Positions 9,103 to 19,247 of a DNA stretch of 64,000 bases are shown here, piece after piece. The notes beneath the pieces are model-generated. The model saw only the letters and a list, made by a program, of their open reading frames with translations, was not told the origin of the DNA and did no database searches. Source of the stretch: Propionibacteriaceae bacterium (GTDB taxonomy: Bacteria; Actinomycetota; Actinomycetes; Propionibacteriales; Propionibacteriaceae); assembly GCA_035535875.1 (NCBI GenBank), contig DATLPF010000053.1:681-64680 (forward strand). The letters are read 5' to 3'. Position 1 is the stretch's first letter, and each line of letters opens with the position of its first letter. A program made the position numbers and the translations under genes.

Positions 9103-11205
9103 CTAGGCGACTGATTGGAGATGCAGCAGCAGCGCCGAGCCGCGGCGCGCCGGCGGCAAGGGGATGCCGGCCGCGCCGAGCGCCTGGCCCGTCAGTACCG
9201 GAGCACCTGACGCCCACGACGGTGTAACGGTCTGCGCCTCGCCGGGGCGAGCCCCGATCACTTCGATCCGGTACGACGTGGCTGGGTCGAGTCCGTCGAT
9301 GCGGATCCGCCGGCTGACCAGCGTCCGTTCCAGCCAAACCAGAGCGAACAGCGCCTCGTCGCGATCAGCGGCCACCACGCCGTGGGCCAGGAAGCCCCGA
9401 TCGCTTTCGTCTGAGCGCACCGTGGTTCCGGAGTGCAGCAACGCCCGAAACTTCTTATAGAGCCCCAGCCATCGATGGATGGCGCGCAAGTTGCCCGGAG
9501 CTTGCTTCCGAAGATCGATTCCCAGACCGAGCCGGCCGAAGAAGGTTGAGATCGCCCGGTACGCCGAGGAGGTCGCGTCGTCGGGCTCGTCCAGCGCTGG
9601 CTGCCACACCAGCCCTGGCGGCAGCAGCTGCACGAGGCCGGCAAAGTCGGCATGCCGTGCAGTGGAGTCACCAGACAGATCAGCGCCGACAGCCCTGGTG
9701 GCCATCGCCAGGTCGAGGCTCGTCGTCTGAATGGTGAGCTGCGGATAACGCTCACGCAGCGCATCGAGCAGCCGGTACGCCGCCAGTGTGCTTTTGTGCT
9801 GGGCCGGGGTGGCTCCCGGCCGGTGTGCACCTTGTGGCGGCGACCAGCTCAGCAACGACACGTGGTGGCGGTCAAGGAGCTTGGTCAGCCTTTCCCACAC
9901 GTGCACCATCGCCGGGCGCACCGACAGATCGAGCACCTGTCGCCTCACCCCATCGCGCTCCACAGTCAGCAGCCAGTCCGGATGATCACGGGCAGTGGCG
10001 GGGTCCGCCTCGAACAGCTCAAGTTCGATCACGAATCCGACTTCAAGATCAAAGTTGCGGATCCGCGTCAGCAGCCCATCAAGATCGGCTGACGATCCCG
10101 TGTCGGTCAAGCCGGCACTGTCGGCGTACGGGTCGAGGCCGGCGCGCGAGCACCAACCGATGTCCAGCAGGAACGTCTCGGCACCGACAGCCGCGGCGTA
10201 CTCGGCGAGGCTCAGCATTGCCTGCCGATCATGGTGAGCGAACGCGGGAGCGCCGGCGTCGAAGATGATGCGGTTGTCGCGGGGCGCTTCCTGCTGCAGG
10301 TGCCGGTGCAGGCGCGCGGCTGCTGCATCGAGCCCGTCGCCCCAAGCCCACACGACCCACGGGGAGTGGTAGGCCTCACCGATGCCCAGCACGATCTCCC
10401 CCGCCTGCAAGAACTCCCCGCCACCGAGATAGGTCCTGCCGTAGGCCGTGCGCTCCACCCGATGCTGGACAGCACCACTGAAAGCAACATGCACTTGCCA
10501 TACCTGACCGCGACGAAAGCCGGTTCCTGCCTCCGCCAGAGCTAGCTGGGCTGGCCGGTCGTCAAACCCAACATGATCAACAGACCAGGAGCCAGACCGC
10601 AACGCCGCGGTAGACAACGCGGGTCCGTCGAACTCGATTCGGTGCGTGGCCAGATCACTGACCGGTAGGAAAAGCTCCAGGGCTTCAAGCCGGTAGTCGG
10701 CGACATTCTTGTTGGTGACCCCAGCACGACAGCGGACTAGACCATTGTCCGTGAGCTGGATGGCGAGGTCGAGGCTCAGCCTGTTCACTCGATCCTCAGC
10801 TTCGATGATCACGGTGTCGGCACCGACCTCGGTGAGCCCGGGTAGTACTGGCGTGTCGCTGATCAACCGTGCCTGGCTCCGGGTGAAGGACGCCGCGGAT
10901 GTGTAGCCATCGTGAGATCCCGCCAATGCCGCGCGCGAGCTCCAACCAGCCGAAAGCTCCGGTACCAGCGAGGACATCATCGACGGCAGCGGATCGAGGC
11001 CAGTCGGGCCGAAGGCGGCGAGCAGTGCATCCGCCGATAGCCCATCAAGATCACCAAGATCAGCGCCCCAATGCAAGATCACCGGAAGGCCGGTCGGCTT
11101 TAGCTGCAAGAGGAGGCTGACACCCTGGACACGCATATGGAGAAGCGAAGCCACGGCATCATGCTCGACCGGGAACACGGTCGCCTCAGCATCCTCTACC
11201 GACAT
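9103..11205 (-). CDS. GH36 alpha-galactosidase-like protein, catalytic motifs degenerate
   Basis: Colinear with 19412..21664 (HWGADLG, GGGE.L, LDP..RYRI-like), but KWDHNR is replaced by SWSPPQ and DDGW by DIGW; GGGGAG RBS before ATG at 11205. Confidence 0.85.
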   Translation of the reverse strand: MSVEDAEATVFPVEHDAVASLLHMRVQGVSLLLQLKPTGLPVILHWGADLGDLDGLSADALLAAFGPTGLDPLPSMMSSLVPELSAGWSSRAALAGSHDGYTSAASFTRSQARLISDTPVLPGLTEVGADTVIIEAEDRVNRLSLDLAIQLTDNGLVRCRAGVTNKNVADYRLEALELFLPVSDLATHRIEFDGPALSTAALRSGSWSVDHVGFDDRPAQLALAEAGTGFRRGQVWQVHVAFSGAVQHRVERTAYGRTYLGGGEFLQAGEIVLGIGEAYHSPWVVWAWGDGLDAAAARLHRHLQQEAPRDNRIIFDAGAPAFAHHDRQAMLSLAEYAAAVGAETFLLDIGWCSRAGLDPYADSAGLTDTGSSADLDGLLTRIRNFDLEVGFVIELELFEADPATARDHPDWLLTVERDGVRRQVLDLSVRPAMVHVWERLTKLLDRHHVSLLSWSPPQGAHRPGATPAQHKSTLAAYRLLDALRERYPQLTIQTTSLDLAMATRAVGADLSGDSTARHADFAGLVQLLPPGLVWQPALDEPDDATSSAYRAISTFFGRLGLGIDLRKQAPGNLRAIHRWLGLYKKFRALLHSGTTVRSDESDRGFLAHGVVAADRDEALFALVWLERTLVSRRIRIDGLDPATSYRIEVIGARPGEAQTVTPSWASGAPVLTGQALGAAGIPLPPARRGSALLLHLQSVA

Positions 11206-11471
11206 GGGATTCTCCCCAAGAACAAGATCTCTCCGCCGAGCGCAAAAGCTTCCTCCTCGACAAGGTGCTCGGGTCTGTCGGTATTGGAACATCGAGAAAT
11301 CCCGCGCCTCGACGCCGCCATCGCGCGATCGGCACCATCGTAGATGGCACGCTTGTCACCACTACACGACGCGGCGCCGCGTGTCGGCGGCTTTTTGAAG
11401 GCGGCTTGTGGATGTGGTCGAGAGGCTGGGTTGAGACACGCAATATCTCAACCGGTATTGGGTATCTGGTC

Positions 11472-11496
11472 GATCGGCTGATCGGCTGATCGGCTG
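11472..11496 (+). repeat. Short tandem repeat (GATCGGCT)x3
   Basis: Direct reading of the sequence. Confidence 0.8.
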
Positions 11497-11526
11497 GCAC
11501 GGATCTGAGCGAAAGGGGGCGCCCTT

Positions 11527-12432
11527 GTGAATGGGCCCTCAGAGCGGCGCTGCGCGGTGGTCTATAACCCGATCAAGACATCCAATGAGCTCCGCCAGGC
11601 GATCGCTCGGCACGCCACAGCGACCGGCTGGGACGACGCCATCTGGCTGGCGACCCCAGCAGACAATCCGGGCCCGGCGATCACCGATCAAGTGGTCTCG
11701 GCGAGAGTGGATCGCGTCATCGCTGTCGGCGGCGATGGAACGGTGCGAGTCGTTGCCGACCGACTGGCGCAATCCGGTATCCCGATGGCAGTGGTGCCGC
11801 TTGGCACTGCAAACCTGCTCGCCCGCAACCTCGATATCCCACTGTCGGAGGCGGAGGCTCTCGAGGTCGCATTCGGGGATCACACGTCGACCATCGATTT
11901 GATCAAGGTCACTATCGACGGGAGGCCGGGCGAGCACTTCGCCGTCATCGCGGGCTTGGGTGTCGATGCCATGATCATGGATGAGACGAGGCCGGAGCTC
12001 AAGGACACGATCGGTGCAGGGGCGTACTTCATTGCCGCCGCGAAGGCCATGGGGCGTACGCCGATTGACATGCGGATTGCCGTTGATGGTCATCGTCCCC
12101 GTCACCGCAATGCGATGATTTGCGCGATTGGCAATGTCGGCAAGCTGGCCGGCAATCTCACCTTGATCCCGAGCGCGCGGCCTGACGACGGCCGGCTCGA
12201 TGTGTATGTGGCGTCGCCGCATCGCCTCTCTCACTGGATACGTGTCTTCCTCCGCCTGATCACGCTGCGCCCGCGCACCGATGATCACGTGGACCTATGG
12301 CAAGCCCGTCAGGTCGAGGTACACCTCAGGCACCCAGACCCCTATCAACTGGACGGTGATGTGATGGGAGATTGCAGCAGCCTGCGGGCCGAGGTGTCTC
12401 CTGGCGCTCTAACGGTCTGCGTCCCCGGCTGA
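11527..12432 (+). CDS. Diacylglycerol/lipid kinase family protein
   Basis: YNP, GGDGT, PLGTANLLARNL, DDGRLD, QLDGD. Confidence 0.92.
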   Translation: MNGPSERRCAVVYNPIKTSNELRQAIARHATATGWDDAIWLATPADNPGPAITDQVVSARVDRVIAVGGDGTVRVVADRLAQSGIPMAVVPLGTANLLARNLDIPLSEAEALEVAFGDHTSTIDLIKVTIDGRPGEHFAVIAGLGVDAMIMDETRPELKDTIGAGAYFIAAAKAMGRTPIDMRIAVDGHRPRHRNAMICAIGNVGKLAGNLTLIPSARPDDGRLDVYVASPHRLSHWIRVFLRLITLRPRTDDHVDLWQARQVEVHLRHPDPYQLDGDVMGDCSSLRAEVSPGALTVCVPG

Positions 12433-12437
12433 ATACA

Positions 12438-12487
12438 GACTTGTCAGCGTCTCAGCGAGTCCTAGCACTCTGAGACTCTGACAAGTC
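12438..12487. terminator. Long hairpin between convergent genes (putative bidirectional terminator)
   Basis: GACTTGTCAGCGTCTCAG...CTGAGACTCTGACAAGTC. Confidence 0.65.
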
Positions 12488-12493
12488 GGCAAA

Positions 12494-12712
12494 TCAGACG
12501 ACTGGCGGAGAACCGTCGTAGCGATTCTCTTGCACGTGCCGAGTCCGACTGCGCTGCGCCTGCATCACCAGCGCCAGGATCAGCGCCAAGGCACCAGCCA
12601 CGATGAGGATGATGCCGAGCGTGTCGTCGGACACGAACGGAAGGTTGATGTTGAGCGCAAAGAGCAGGATCGCACCGATCACGATCAAGACAATGCCAAC
12701 TCCGATACCCAT
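12494..12712 (-). CDS. DUF6458-like small membrane protein
   Basis: MGIG.GI.LI.IGAIL.FA with two TM helices; AGGAGG RBS. Confidence 0.85.
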   Translation of the reverse strand: MGIGVGIVLIVIGAILLFALNINLPFVSDDTLGIILIVAGALALILALVMQAQRSRTRHVQENRYDGSPPVV

Positions 12713-12746
12713 GTGTTCCTCCTACCTGTTCCCCCGAGTGAGCAGG

Positions 12747-13685
12747 TCAACTGGCCTTCTTGGCTGACTTCGCTGTCGTTGCCTTCTTCGCCGATGCCTT
12801 CCTAGCCGGGGCTTTCTTGGCCGCCGACTTCTTAGCCGGGGCCTTCTTCGCCGCAGCCTTCTTGGCTGAGGGCTTGGTCTCCGCCGCCTTCCTGGCAGCG
12901 CGGTTCTGCTCGACGCTGCGTCGCAGTGCCTCCATCAGGTCGACCACTTCCCCACGGTCGGCCTGCTCTTCGCCTTCCTCGCCGAAGGTGGCGGCCGTGT
13001 CGACGGCATCCCCCTTCTCCAGCTTGGCAGCGATCAGTTGACGCAATTGATCTTGGTACTCATCGCTGAACTTGTCGGGGGTGAAGTCGGCGGCCATGTT
13101 GTCGATCAGTGACGACGCCATCTTGAGCTCCTGAGGCGAGACCCCTACGTCCTCCTTGAGGATCGAGAAATCAGCCTCCCGCACCTCGTCATCCCACAGC
13201 AGTGACTGCAGCATCAGCACCTTTCCGCGGGACCGCAGCGCTCCAAGCCGGGTCTTCTGCCGGAGCGAAAACTGCACCACCGCTGTCCGATCAGTCTCTT
13301 CCAGGGCGCGCCGAAGGAGAGCGTACGCCTTGCCGGCTGGCTTCTCCGGCTCCAAGAAGTAGCTGCGATCGAACATGATCGGATCGATTTGCTCCGATGG
13401 CACGAACTCCACGACCTCGATCTCCTTGCTGCGCTCCTCCGGCAGCGACTTGAGGTCGTCTTCGGTCAGGACCACAGTGGTCTTGCCGTCCGCGTACGCC
13501 TTGTCGATGTGGGCGTACTCGACCACCTTGCCGCACACCTCACACCGCCGTTCGTAGCGGATCCGTCCGCCATCGGCATCGTGTACCTGATGGAGGCCGA
13601 CGTCGTGGTCCTCGGTCGCGGCGTAGAGCTTGATCGGCACATTCACCAGGCCAAATGTGATGGCTCCCTTCCAGAGGGCTCTCAT
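12747..13685 (-). CDS. ku: NHEJ Ku protein with AKKA-repeat basic tail
   Basis: [33 protein letters not shown]; divergent from ligD. Confidence 0.96.
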   Translation of the reverse strand: MRALWKGAITFGLVNVPIKLYAATEDHDVGLHQVHDADGGRIRYERRCEVCGKVVEYAHIDKAYADGKTTVVLTEDDLKSLPEERSKEIEVVEFVPSEQIDPIMFDRSYFLEPEKPAGKAYALLRRALEETDRTAVVQFSLRQKTRLGALRSRGKVLMLQSLLWDDEVREADFSILKEDVGVSPQELKMASSLIDNMAADFTPDKFSDEYQDQLRQLIAAKLEKGDAVDTAATFGEEGEEQADRGEVVDLMEALRRSVEQNRAARKAAETKPSAKKAAAKKAPAKKSAAKKAPARKASAKKATTAKSAKKAS

Positions 13686-13769
13686 GCCCTGGTACTACCC
13701 ACTCCGACTGATCGGAATCCGCCCGCCCGGGAGTTTTGCCGCCCAGATTGACAAGTCGATACTGGCTCT

Positions 13770-16205
13770 ATGGGCAAGGCGTCGCGTGACCAGGTAGTGA
13801 CCATCGAGGGTCGGACGATCAAGCTCAGCAACCTCGACAAGGTGCTCTATCCCCAGACGCAGACCACCAAGGCCGATGTTTTGTCCTATTACGCGCAAGT
13901 CGGTACAACGATGTTGCCGCATCTGCGTGATCGGCCGGCGACGCGGAAACGTTGGCCTGACGGCGTCGGCGACGTGAAGGGAAAGCGGCCGACCGTCTTT
14001 TTCAACAAAGATCTGGGCGCAGGCACCCCGGATTGGGTAGAGCGCCGGACGATCGCGCACAGAGATCACGACAACGACTATCCGGTGATCAATGATCTTG
14101 CGACTCTTGCCTGGCTGGCGCAGCTGGCCGCCCTCGAAATTCATGTGCCGCAGTGGCGTTTCGGGCCGGACGGGAAGCCTCAAAATCCTGACCGGTTGGT
14201 CCTTGATCTTGATCCCGGTCCTGGCGTGAGCCTGGCGCAGTGCGCCTGGACTGCGATGCTCGTACGGGACATCCTGCGCGACATCGGGCACGATCCGGTA
14301 CCAGTCACCAGCGGAAGTAAGGGCATCCATCTGTACGCGCCGCTGGATCGCTCGCAGACCTCGGAGCAGGCCACCGAGGTGGCGCGTGAACTCGCGCTCG
14401 CGCTGGAGTCTGATCATCCTGACCTCGTGATCAGCAGCATGAAACGCTCGGAGCGGGACGGCAAGGTGTTCATCGACTGGAGTCAGAACAACGGCGCCAA
14501 GACCACCGTTTCGCCCTACTCGCTGCGCGGCCGGGAGCGGCCCTGGATTGCCGCGCCGCGGACCTGGGATGAACTGGAGGATCCGGATCTGCGGCAGCTT
14601 GAGTACGAAGAAGTGATCACAAGAGTGGCCGATCTTGGTGACCTACTCGCCCCACTGGCTCCGGACGCCGGCCGGGATCGGCTCGCTACATACCGCAGCA
14701 TGCGCGATCCAGCGAAGACACCAGAGCCGGTGCCCGGAGGGCCCACGGATGGGCAGCGAGACGGCTTCAGATTCGTCATCCAGGAACACCATGCCCGCCG
14801 GCTGCACTACGACGTTCGGCTGGAACACGACGGTGTGCTGGCCAGCTGGGCAGTGCCCAAGGCACCGCCCACCGACCCGAAGATCAACCACCTCGCGGTG
14901 CGGACCGAAGATCATCCGATGGAGTACCTCACCTTCCACGGGAGCATCCCCAAGGGTCAGTACGGCGCGGGCGCGATGCGAATTTGGGACACCGGCACCT
15001 ATCGCCTGCACAAGTGGCGTGAGGGCAAAGAAGTTATCGTCACGCTCTTCGGCCAGCCGGATGGCGGACTTGGCGGGGTGCGCAAGTTCGCCCTGATCCA
15101 CACCGGCAGTGGAGATTCGCAGCCGGAGAAGAACTGGCTGATGCACCTGATGGACACCGATCCCGAAGACCTGGCAGCGCGCGGTGATCATGTCGAAGAG
15201 CGAGGTTCCGTTGAAGAAGCCGATTTTCCCGAGCAGGTAGAGCCCATGCTGGCGACCCTGACCGACGCCGCCCACTTTGGCGATGAGTCCGGCTGGGCAT
15301 TCGAGATGAAATGGGACGGCGTCCGCGCCGTTGCCTATCTAGCCGCCGGGCGTGTCAAGCTGCTCAGCCGAAAGGGCCGTGACGACACCAAGGCCTATTT
15401 CGACGTTGCCGACGAGCTCCCCAAGATCAACGCCAAGACGGCGATCTTGGACGGTGAGGTGGTGGTGACTGATGCTGCCGGACGACCCAACTTCGGCCTG
15501 CTGCAGCATCGGATCAACCTCACCAAGCCGGCTGACATCGAGCGCACTGCCAAGACCTACCCGGCACAGTTGATGCTCTTCGACATCCTCGAGTTGAACG
15601 GCCAGTCATTGATCAAGAAGACGTACCAGGAACGCCGAGAGATCCTGGAAAACCTGATACCCCCGGAGCCCGGATCACGGATCCAGGTACCACCGATTTT
15701 CGAAGGCGATCTGCGGGCGGCATTGGAGACAGCTGATCAACTTCGACTCGAGGGTGTGGTCGCCAAACGCCGTAACTCGATCTACCAGCCGGGACGACGT
15801 ACACACATCTGGCTCAAGATCAAACTACACCGTGCCCAGGAGGTTGTGATCGGTGGCTGGCGAGAGGGTCAGGGCCGCCGTGGCGGCGGAGTCGGGTCGC
15901 TGCTGATGGGACTGCCGACCGAGGCCGGCCTGCACTACGTAGGCCGTGTCGGATCGGGGTTCAACGACCGCCAGCTCGACGACATCCAGGCCAAGCTGGA
16001 GAAGCTGATGCGCAAGACCTCGCCGTTCATCGACGTGCCGCGGGAGGACGCTCGGGACGCGCATTGGGTCACGCCGTCTCTGGTTGGCGAGGTGACGTAC
16101 GGCGAGCTCACGGAGCCAGGGCGGCTACGCCACCCGGTCTGGCGTGGACTGCGGCCGGACAAGTCGCCTGATGAGGTGGTCTGGGAGCGTCCGCCCGAAA
16201 CCTGA
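13770..16205 (+). CDS. ligD: NHEJ DNA ligase D (polymerase-phosphoesterase-ligase)
   Basis: DLDPG and SGSKGIH (Pol); QEHHARRLHYD (PE); EMKWDG, EGVVAK, LRHP (ligase). Confidence 0.96.
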   Translation: MGKASRDQVVTIEGRTIKLSNLDKVLYPQTQTTKADVLSYYAQVGTTMLPHLRDRPATRKRWPDGVGDVKGKRPTVFFNKDLGAGTPDWVERRTIAHRDHDNDYPVINDLATLAWLAQLAALEIHVPQWRFGPDGKPQNPDRLVLDLDPGPGVSLAQCAWTAMLVRDILRDIGHDPVPVTSGSKGIHLYAPLDRSQTSEQATEVARELALALESDHPDLVISSMKRSERDGKVFIDWSQNNGAKTTVSPYSLRGRERPWIAAPRTWDELEDPDLRQLEYEEVITRVADLGDLLAPLAPDAGRDRLATYRSMRDPAKTPEPVPGGPTDGQRDGFRFVIQEHHARRLHYDVRLEHDGVLASWAVPKAPPTDPKINHLAVRTEDHPMEYLTFHGSIPKGQYGAGAMRIWDTGTYRLHKWREGKEVIVTLFGQPDGGLGGVRKFALIHTGSGDSQPEKNWLMHLMDTDPEDLAARGDHVEERGSVEEADFPEQVEPMLATLTDAAHFGDESGWAFEMKWDGVRAVAYLAAGRVKLLSRKGRDDTKAYFDVADELPKINAKTAILDGEVVVTDAAGRPNFGLLQHRINLTKPADIERTAKTYPAQLMLFDILELNGQSLIKKTYQERREILENLIPPEPGSRIQVPPIFEGDLRAALETADQLRLEGVVAKRRNSIYQPGRRTHIWLKIKLHRAQEVVIGGWREGQGRRGGGVGSLLMGLPTEAGLHYVGRVGSGFNDRQLDDIQAKLEKLMRKTSPFIDVPREDARDAHWVTPSLVGEVTYGELTEPGRLRHPVWRGLRPDKSPDEVVWERPPET

Positions 16206-16227
16206 CGGCCCCGACCGACGGACCCTT

Positions 16228-16809
16228 TTACTGACCGCGTCCTTCCAAGGCGGTGATGGCCTTGTGGATGTGGGCAGCCCGGGTCTTGGGAGTACGGGCC
16301 GTCACGACGTCGAGGATGACGGCATATTGGTTCGTTTTGCTGAGCGATTCGAAGGCCGAAGCCGCCACAGGGCTCGCCGCCAGGGCGGCGGCAAGATCGG
16401 GCGGGACAGTGGCCTCCTTCTGAGACTCGTACGCGGCGTCCCAACGTCCGTCGGCCTTGGCAGCCTCCACCTCGGCGAGGCCGGGCGGTCGCATCCGCCC
16501 CATGGCCATGAGCTCCTCGACCTTGCGCACGTTCACCTGCGACCAGCGGCTCCGTGGCCGGCGCGGGACGTATTTCTGCAGGTAGTACGTCTTGTCCAGC
16601 GCCTTGCGCTGGCCGGAGATCCAGCCATAACACAAGCCGACGTCAACCGCCTCGTCATCGGTCAGCGACCCGACGCCGGAACCCTTCTTTGCGATCTTGA
16701 GCCATACTCCGGCGCTCCGGTCTACATGCTCCGCCAGCCATGCCTCGAACTCGGCGGCGTCGCGAAATGCGATCACCTCGGCCGCGTCTGCTTCGGGTTT
16801 ACGTGCCAT
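16228..16809 (-). CDS. YdeI/OmpD-associated family protein
   Basis: FEAWL, LCYGWISG, PRRPRSRWS..N, VPPDLAAAL. Confidence 0.9.
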   Translation of the reverse strand: MARKPEADAAEVIAFRDAAEFEAWLAEHVDRSAGVWLKIAKKGSGVGSLTDDEAVDVGLCYGWISGQRKALDKTYYLQKYVPRRPRSRWSQVNVRKVEELMAMGRMRPPGLAEVEAAKADGRWDAAYESQKEATVPPDLAAALAASPVAASAFESLSKTNQYAVILDVVTARTPKTRAAHIHKAITALEGRGQ

Positions 16810-17024
16810 GAGCGGACACTAACGATGCCCTTGTCAGGCGACGGACGGCGGCCGCAATGAGCAGCCACCGCCCGGCCCGAGGACTGGCGGCCTTGCCCAG
16901 CTCGACCCACGTCGCCTCGGCAAGTCCAGTCGTCCAACGCGGGACGTCCGATGGGACTCCTGCCCCGGCCGTCATGTGCCGAGGTCATTGGATCGAAGGC
17001 CGGCTGGTCGGCCTGACATGATCA

Positions 17025-18146
17025 TCATTCCTCAACGATCCCCGCAAGCTGGAGGCCACGGTGCGCCGCCAGCCGCTCGGCTTCAATCTCCAACTGGCTG
17101 CGGATCCGCTTCGAAAGGGCGGTCCAGAGGGATAGGCGGAGCGTGAACGCGCGGCTGGTCGCCTTTGGTCGCCAGGTGCCGACAATGTCTGTGCCATGGA
17201 GCACAGCTCCGGGCCGGCCGAGAATCGGCCAGAGCTCCTTGTGCCTACTGACATCGGGCACGATCAAATCTCGATCCTTCCCCTGCAGGAAGAGATCGAA
17301 CCCGCCAAGCAGCCGCAGCAGTTCTTGATCTTGCTCGATGTCGCCTACCTCGCCCAGCGCCCAAGCCTGCCGGCCAGCAACGGGGACTTCCTCCGCATCC
17401 TTAGGCCAGTGCGCCTTGATCTCGGCGACCGGCGAATCGAGGAACGCGGCGACGTCGCTCGGTGTGGCTGGGCCGAGGAACCTGAGGTAATTGCGAATCG
17501 GTTGCAGCGACTTCGGCGCGGCCAGTGGGTCCGGAGCAGGTCCAGGCGTACGTCTCGACCAGCCCGGAATGCGACGCAGCACAGGTGGTGAGGTGCCGGG
17601 CTCCAGCTCAAGCCCGGCGTAGAGGGCACCAATGCGGAAAGGTACTTCCCATGAATGTGTCGCTTTGCAGGCCCCGCAGTACCGGAGGTAGGGAGGATCC
17701 AGGAGCGCCGTGAGTTGGGTGGACACTTCGCCCTTGTCCAATGTCCGGGTTACCACGTGGCGCATCTGAGTAGCGACCTCGGTAAGACCCGCGAGGGTGG
17801 GAATTCCGGCCTCCTTGAGCGGCTTGTCAGCACCGATCACTCGTTTGGCCGCATCCCGATCCGACAGCGGCGAGGTCGCCACGAGAACCTCAGGCAGCTC
17901 GGTGCGCCGGTAGTAATGGGGCGCGCCCCGCAGGGTCCATACCAACGCCACGTCCGGGCTGGCTTCGAGCTCCGTCGCATCCCGTACCGGAACACCGCGG
18001 TTGGCCAGCGCCCAGCTCGCGCCGTCCCGACCGGTGTCTTGCACACCGAAGTCGAAGATGGCTGCATCGGTGATCGCTCGCGCGGCTTCCGGGCGGTCGA
18101 GCTGCTGTGCATGGATGCGGTACGCCAGCACCTGAGATCGCTTCAT
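17025..18146 (-). CDS. AlkZ-like (HTH_42) winged-helix DNA glycosylase family protein
   Basis: GVQDT, WTLRGAPH, YLRFLGPAT..D.A.F, LL..FD.FLQ, G.IVGTWR; AGGAG RBS. Confidence 0.8.
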   Translation of the reverse strand: MKRSQVLAYRIHAQQLDRPEAARAITDAAIFDFGVQDTGRDGASWALANRGVPVRDATELEASPDVALVWTLRGAPHYYRRTELPEVLVATSPLSDRDAAKRVIGADKPLKEAGIPTLAGLTEVATQMRHVVTRTLDKGEVSTQLTALLDPPYLRYCGACKATHSWEVPFRIGALYAGLELEPGTSPPVLRRIPGWSRRTPGPAPDPLAAPKSLQPIRNYLRFLGPATPSDVAAFLDSPVAEIKAHWPKDAEEVPVAGRQAWALGEVGDIEQDQELLRLLGGFDLFLQGKDRDLIVPDVSRHKELWPILGRPGAVLHGTDIVGTWRPKATSRAFTLRLSLWTALSKRIRSQLEIEAERLAAHRGLQLAGIVEE

Positions 18147-18223
18147 CACACTCCTGATGGCAGCGCCATAGGGCGCGCGTCCATAACGCATAAAGACGAT
18201 ATGTCCAGCCGCAGACACATGTG

Positions 18224-18315
18224 TCCCGCAGAATCACACCTCAGCCATCGGCAACAAGCCGCGCCCAAGCGTGATCCCAGGGATGTGGCGCCACCTGAAG
18301 TGTGATTTCGCGGGA
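18224..18315. repeat. 92-bp element with 21-bp imperfect terminal inverted repeats (family B, left copy)
   Basis: TCCCGCAGAATCACACCTCAG...CTGAAGTGTGATTTCGCGGGA, 18/21 complementary, 50-bp spacer. Confidence 0.85.
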
Positions 18316-18370
18316 AAAAAGATCTGCCCAACCGTTAACATCCGCCCCTGTTTTGAGGCCTTCACTAGAT

Positions 18371-19246
18371 GTGAAGACTTCTCATCTCGATATCCAGGCC
18401 ATGCTTGCTCAAGATGGCGTAATCACTCTCCGCCAACATCCCGAGCTCGCCGGTGCTATCCGCTGGCTCGCGAGACGTGGCGACCTGCAGACGGTCCTGC
18501 CAGGGGTCTACGCTCCGCCGCACACGGCCACTGCAATCGACACGCGAATTCGGGCCCTGATGGCGTGGGACCCGAACACAGTGCTGGTGGAAGGGGCCGC
18601 AGCTCGAGTCTCCTTCTTGCCCACAATTCGAGTTCCCTTGATCACTTGCGCGCTCAAGCACCATCGCCAGGCGCAAGATGGATTCCGCTTCAGCCGCCGA
18701 CAGCTACCAGCTGAACTTGTCGTCAGAAGGGCTGGTCTGCGCTTTACCTCCCCGGCACTGACCGCGCTGGACTTGTGCGATTCCCTTGGCGGCGACGCCA
18801 TCGATGAGGCGCTTCGGGCCCGAGCCACCACGCTGAGGCACCTGCACCGGGCGCTGGACTTGACGAGGGCCCGAGTCGGAAACCCGGAGCGACGCCGCCT
18901 CCTCCTCGACTCGAAGGATGAGCCGTGGTCAGCACCGGAGCGGAAGTTTCACCGACTGCTACGAGCTGCCGGAATCACCGCCTGGAAGGCGAACCGGCCC
19001 TTAGTGATCGGTGGCTCGTTGTTCTTCATCGACGTCGCTTTCCGCCACGTCAAGTTAGCCATCGAGATCGACGGCCGGCTCTACCACAACGACTCGGAGG
19101 TCTTTGAGACCGATCGTTGGCGTCAGAATCTGCTCATCCTGGACGGCTGGTGTGTGCTGCGCTTCACCCGGGCGATGATCGACGATCGGCCTGAGGAAGT
19201 CATCTCGATGGTGCGCAACGCATTGCAGATGCTGGGTGCCGCTTGA
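18371..19246 (+). CDS. AbiEi-like N-terminus plus DUF559 (Vsr-like PD-(D/E)XK) nuclease
   Basis: GDL..VLPGVY, TSPALTALDL, WSAPE, IDVAF, IEIDG..YH, DRWRQN.L...GW.VLRFT; start uncertain (GTG 18371 or ATG 18401). Confidence 0.88.
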   Translation: MKTSHLDIQAMLAQDGVITLRQHPELAGAIRWLARRGDLQTVLPGVYAPPHTATAIDTRIRALMAWDPNTVLVEGAAARVSFLPTIRVPLITCALKHHRQAQDGFRFSRRQLPAELVVRRAGLRFTSPALTALDLCDSLGGDAIDEALRARATTLRHLHRALDLTRARVGNPERRRLLLDSKDEPWSAPERKFHRLLRAAGITAWKANRPLVIGGSLFFIDVAFRHVKLAIEIDGRLYHNDSEVFETDRWRQNLLILDGWCVLRFTRAMIDDRPEEVISMVRNALQMLGAA

Positions 19247-19247
19247 C

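Noticed and set aside
11340-11455. Short palindromes (ACGCGGCGCCGCGT, GGTTGAGA...TCTCAACC) in a divergent intergenic region
   Set aside because: Single short occurrences that cannot be told from chance or ordinary operators.
12770-12870. 15-nt periodicity
   Set aside because: Encodes the well-known AKKA basic tail of Ku.
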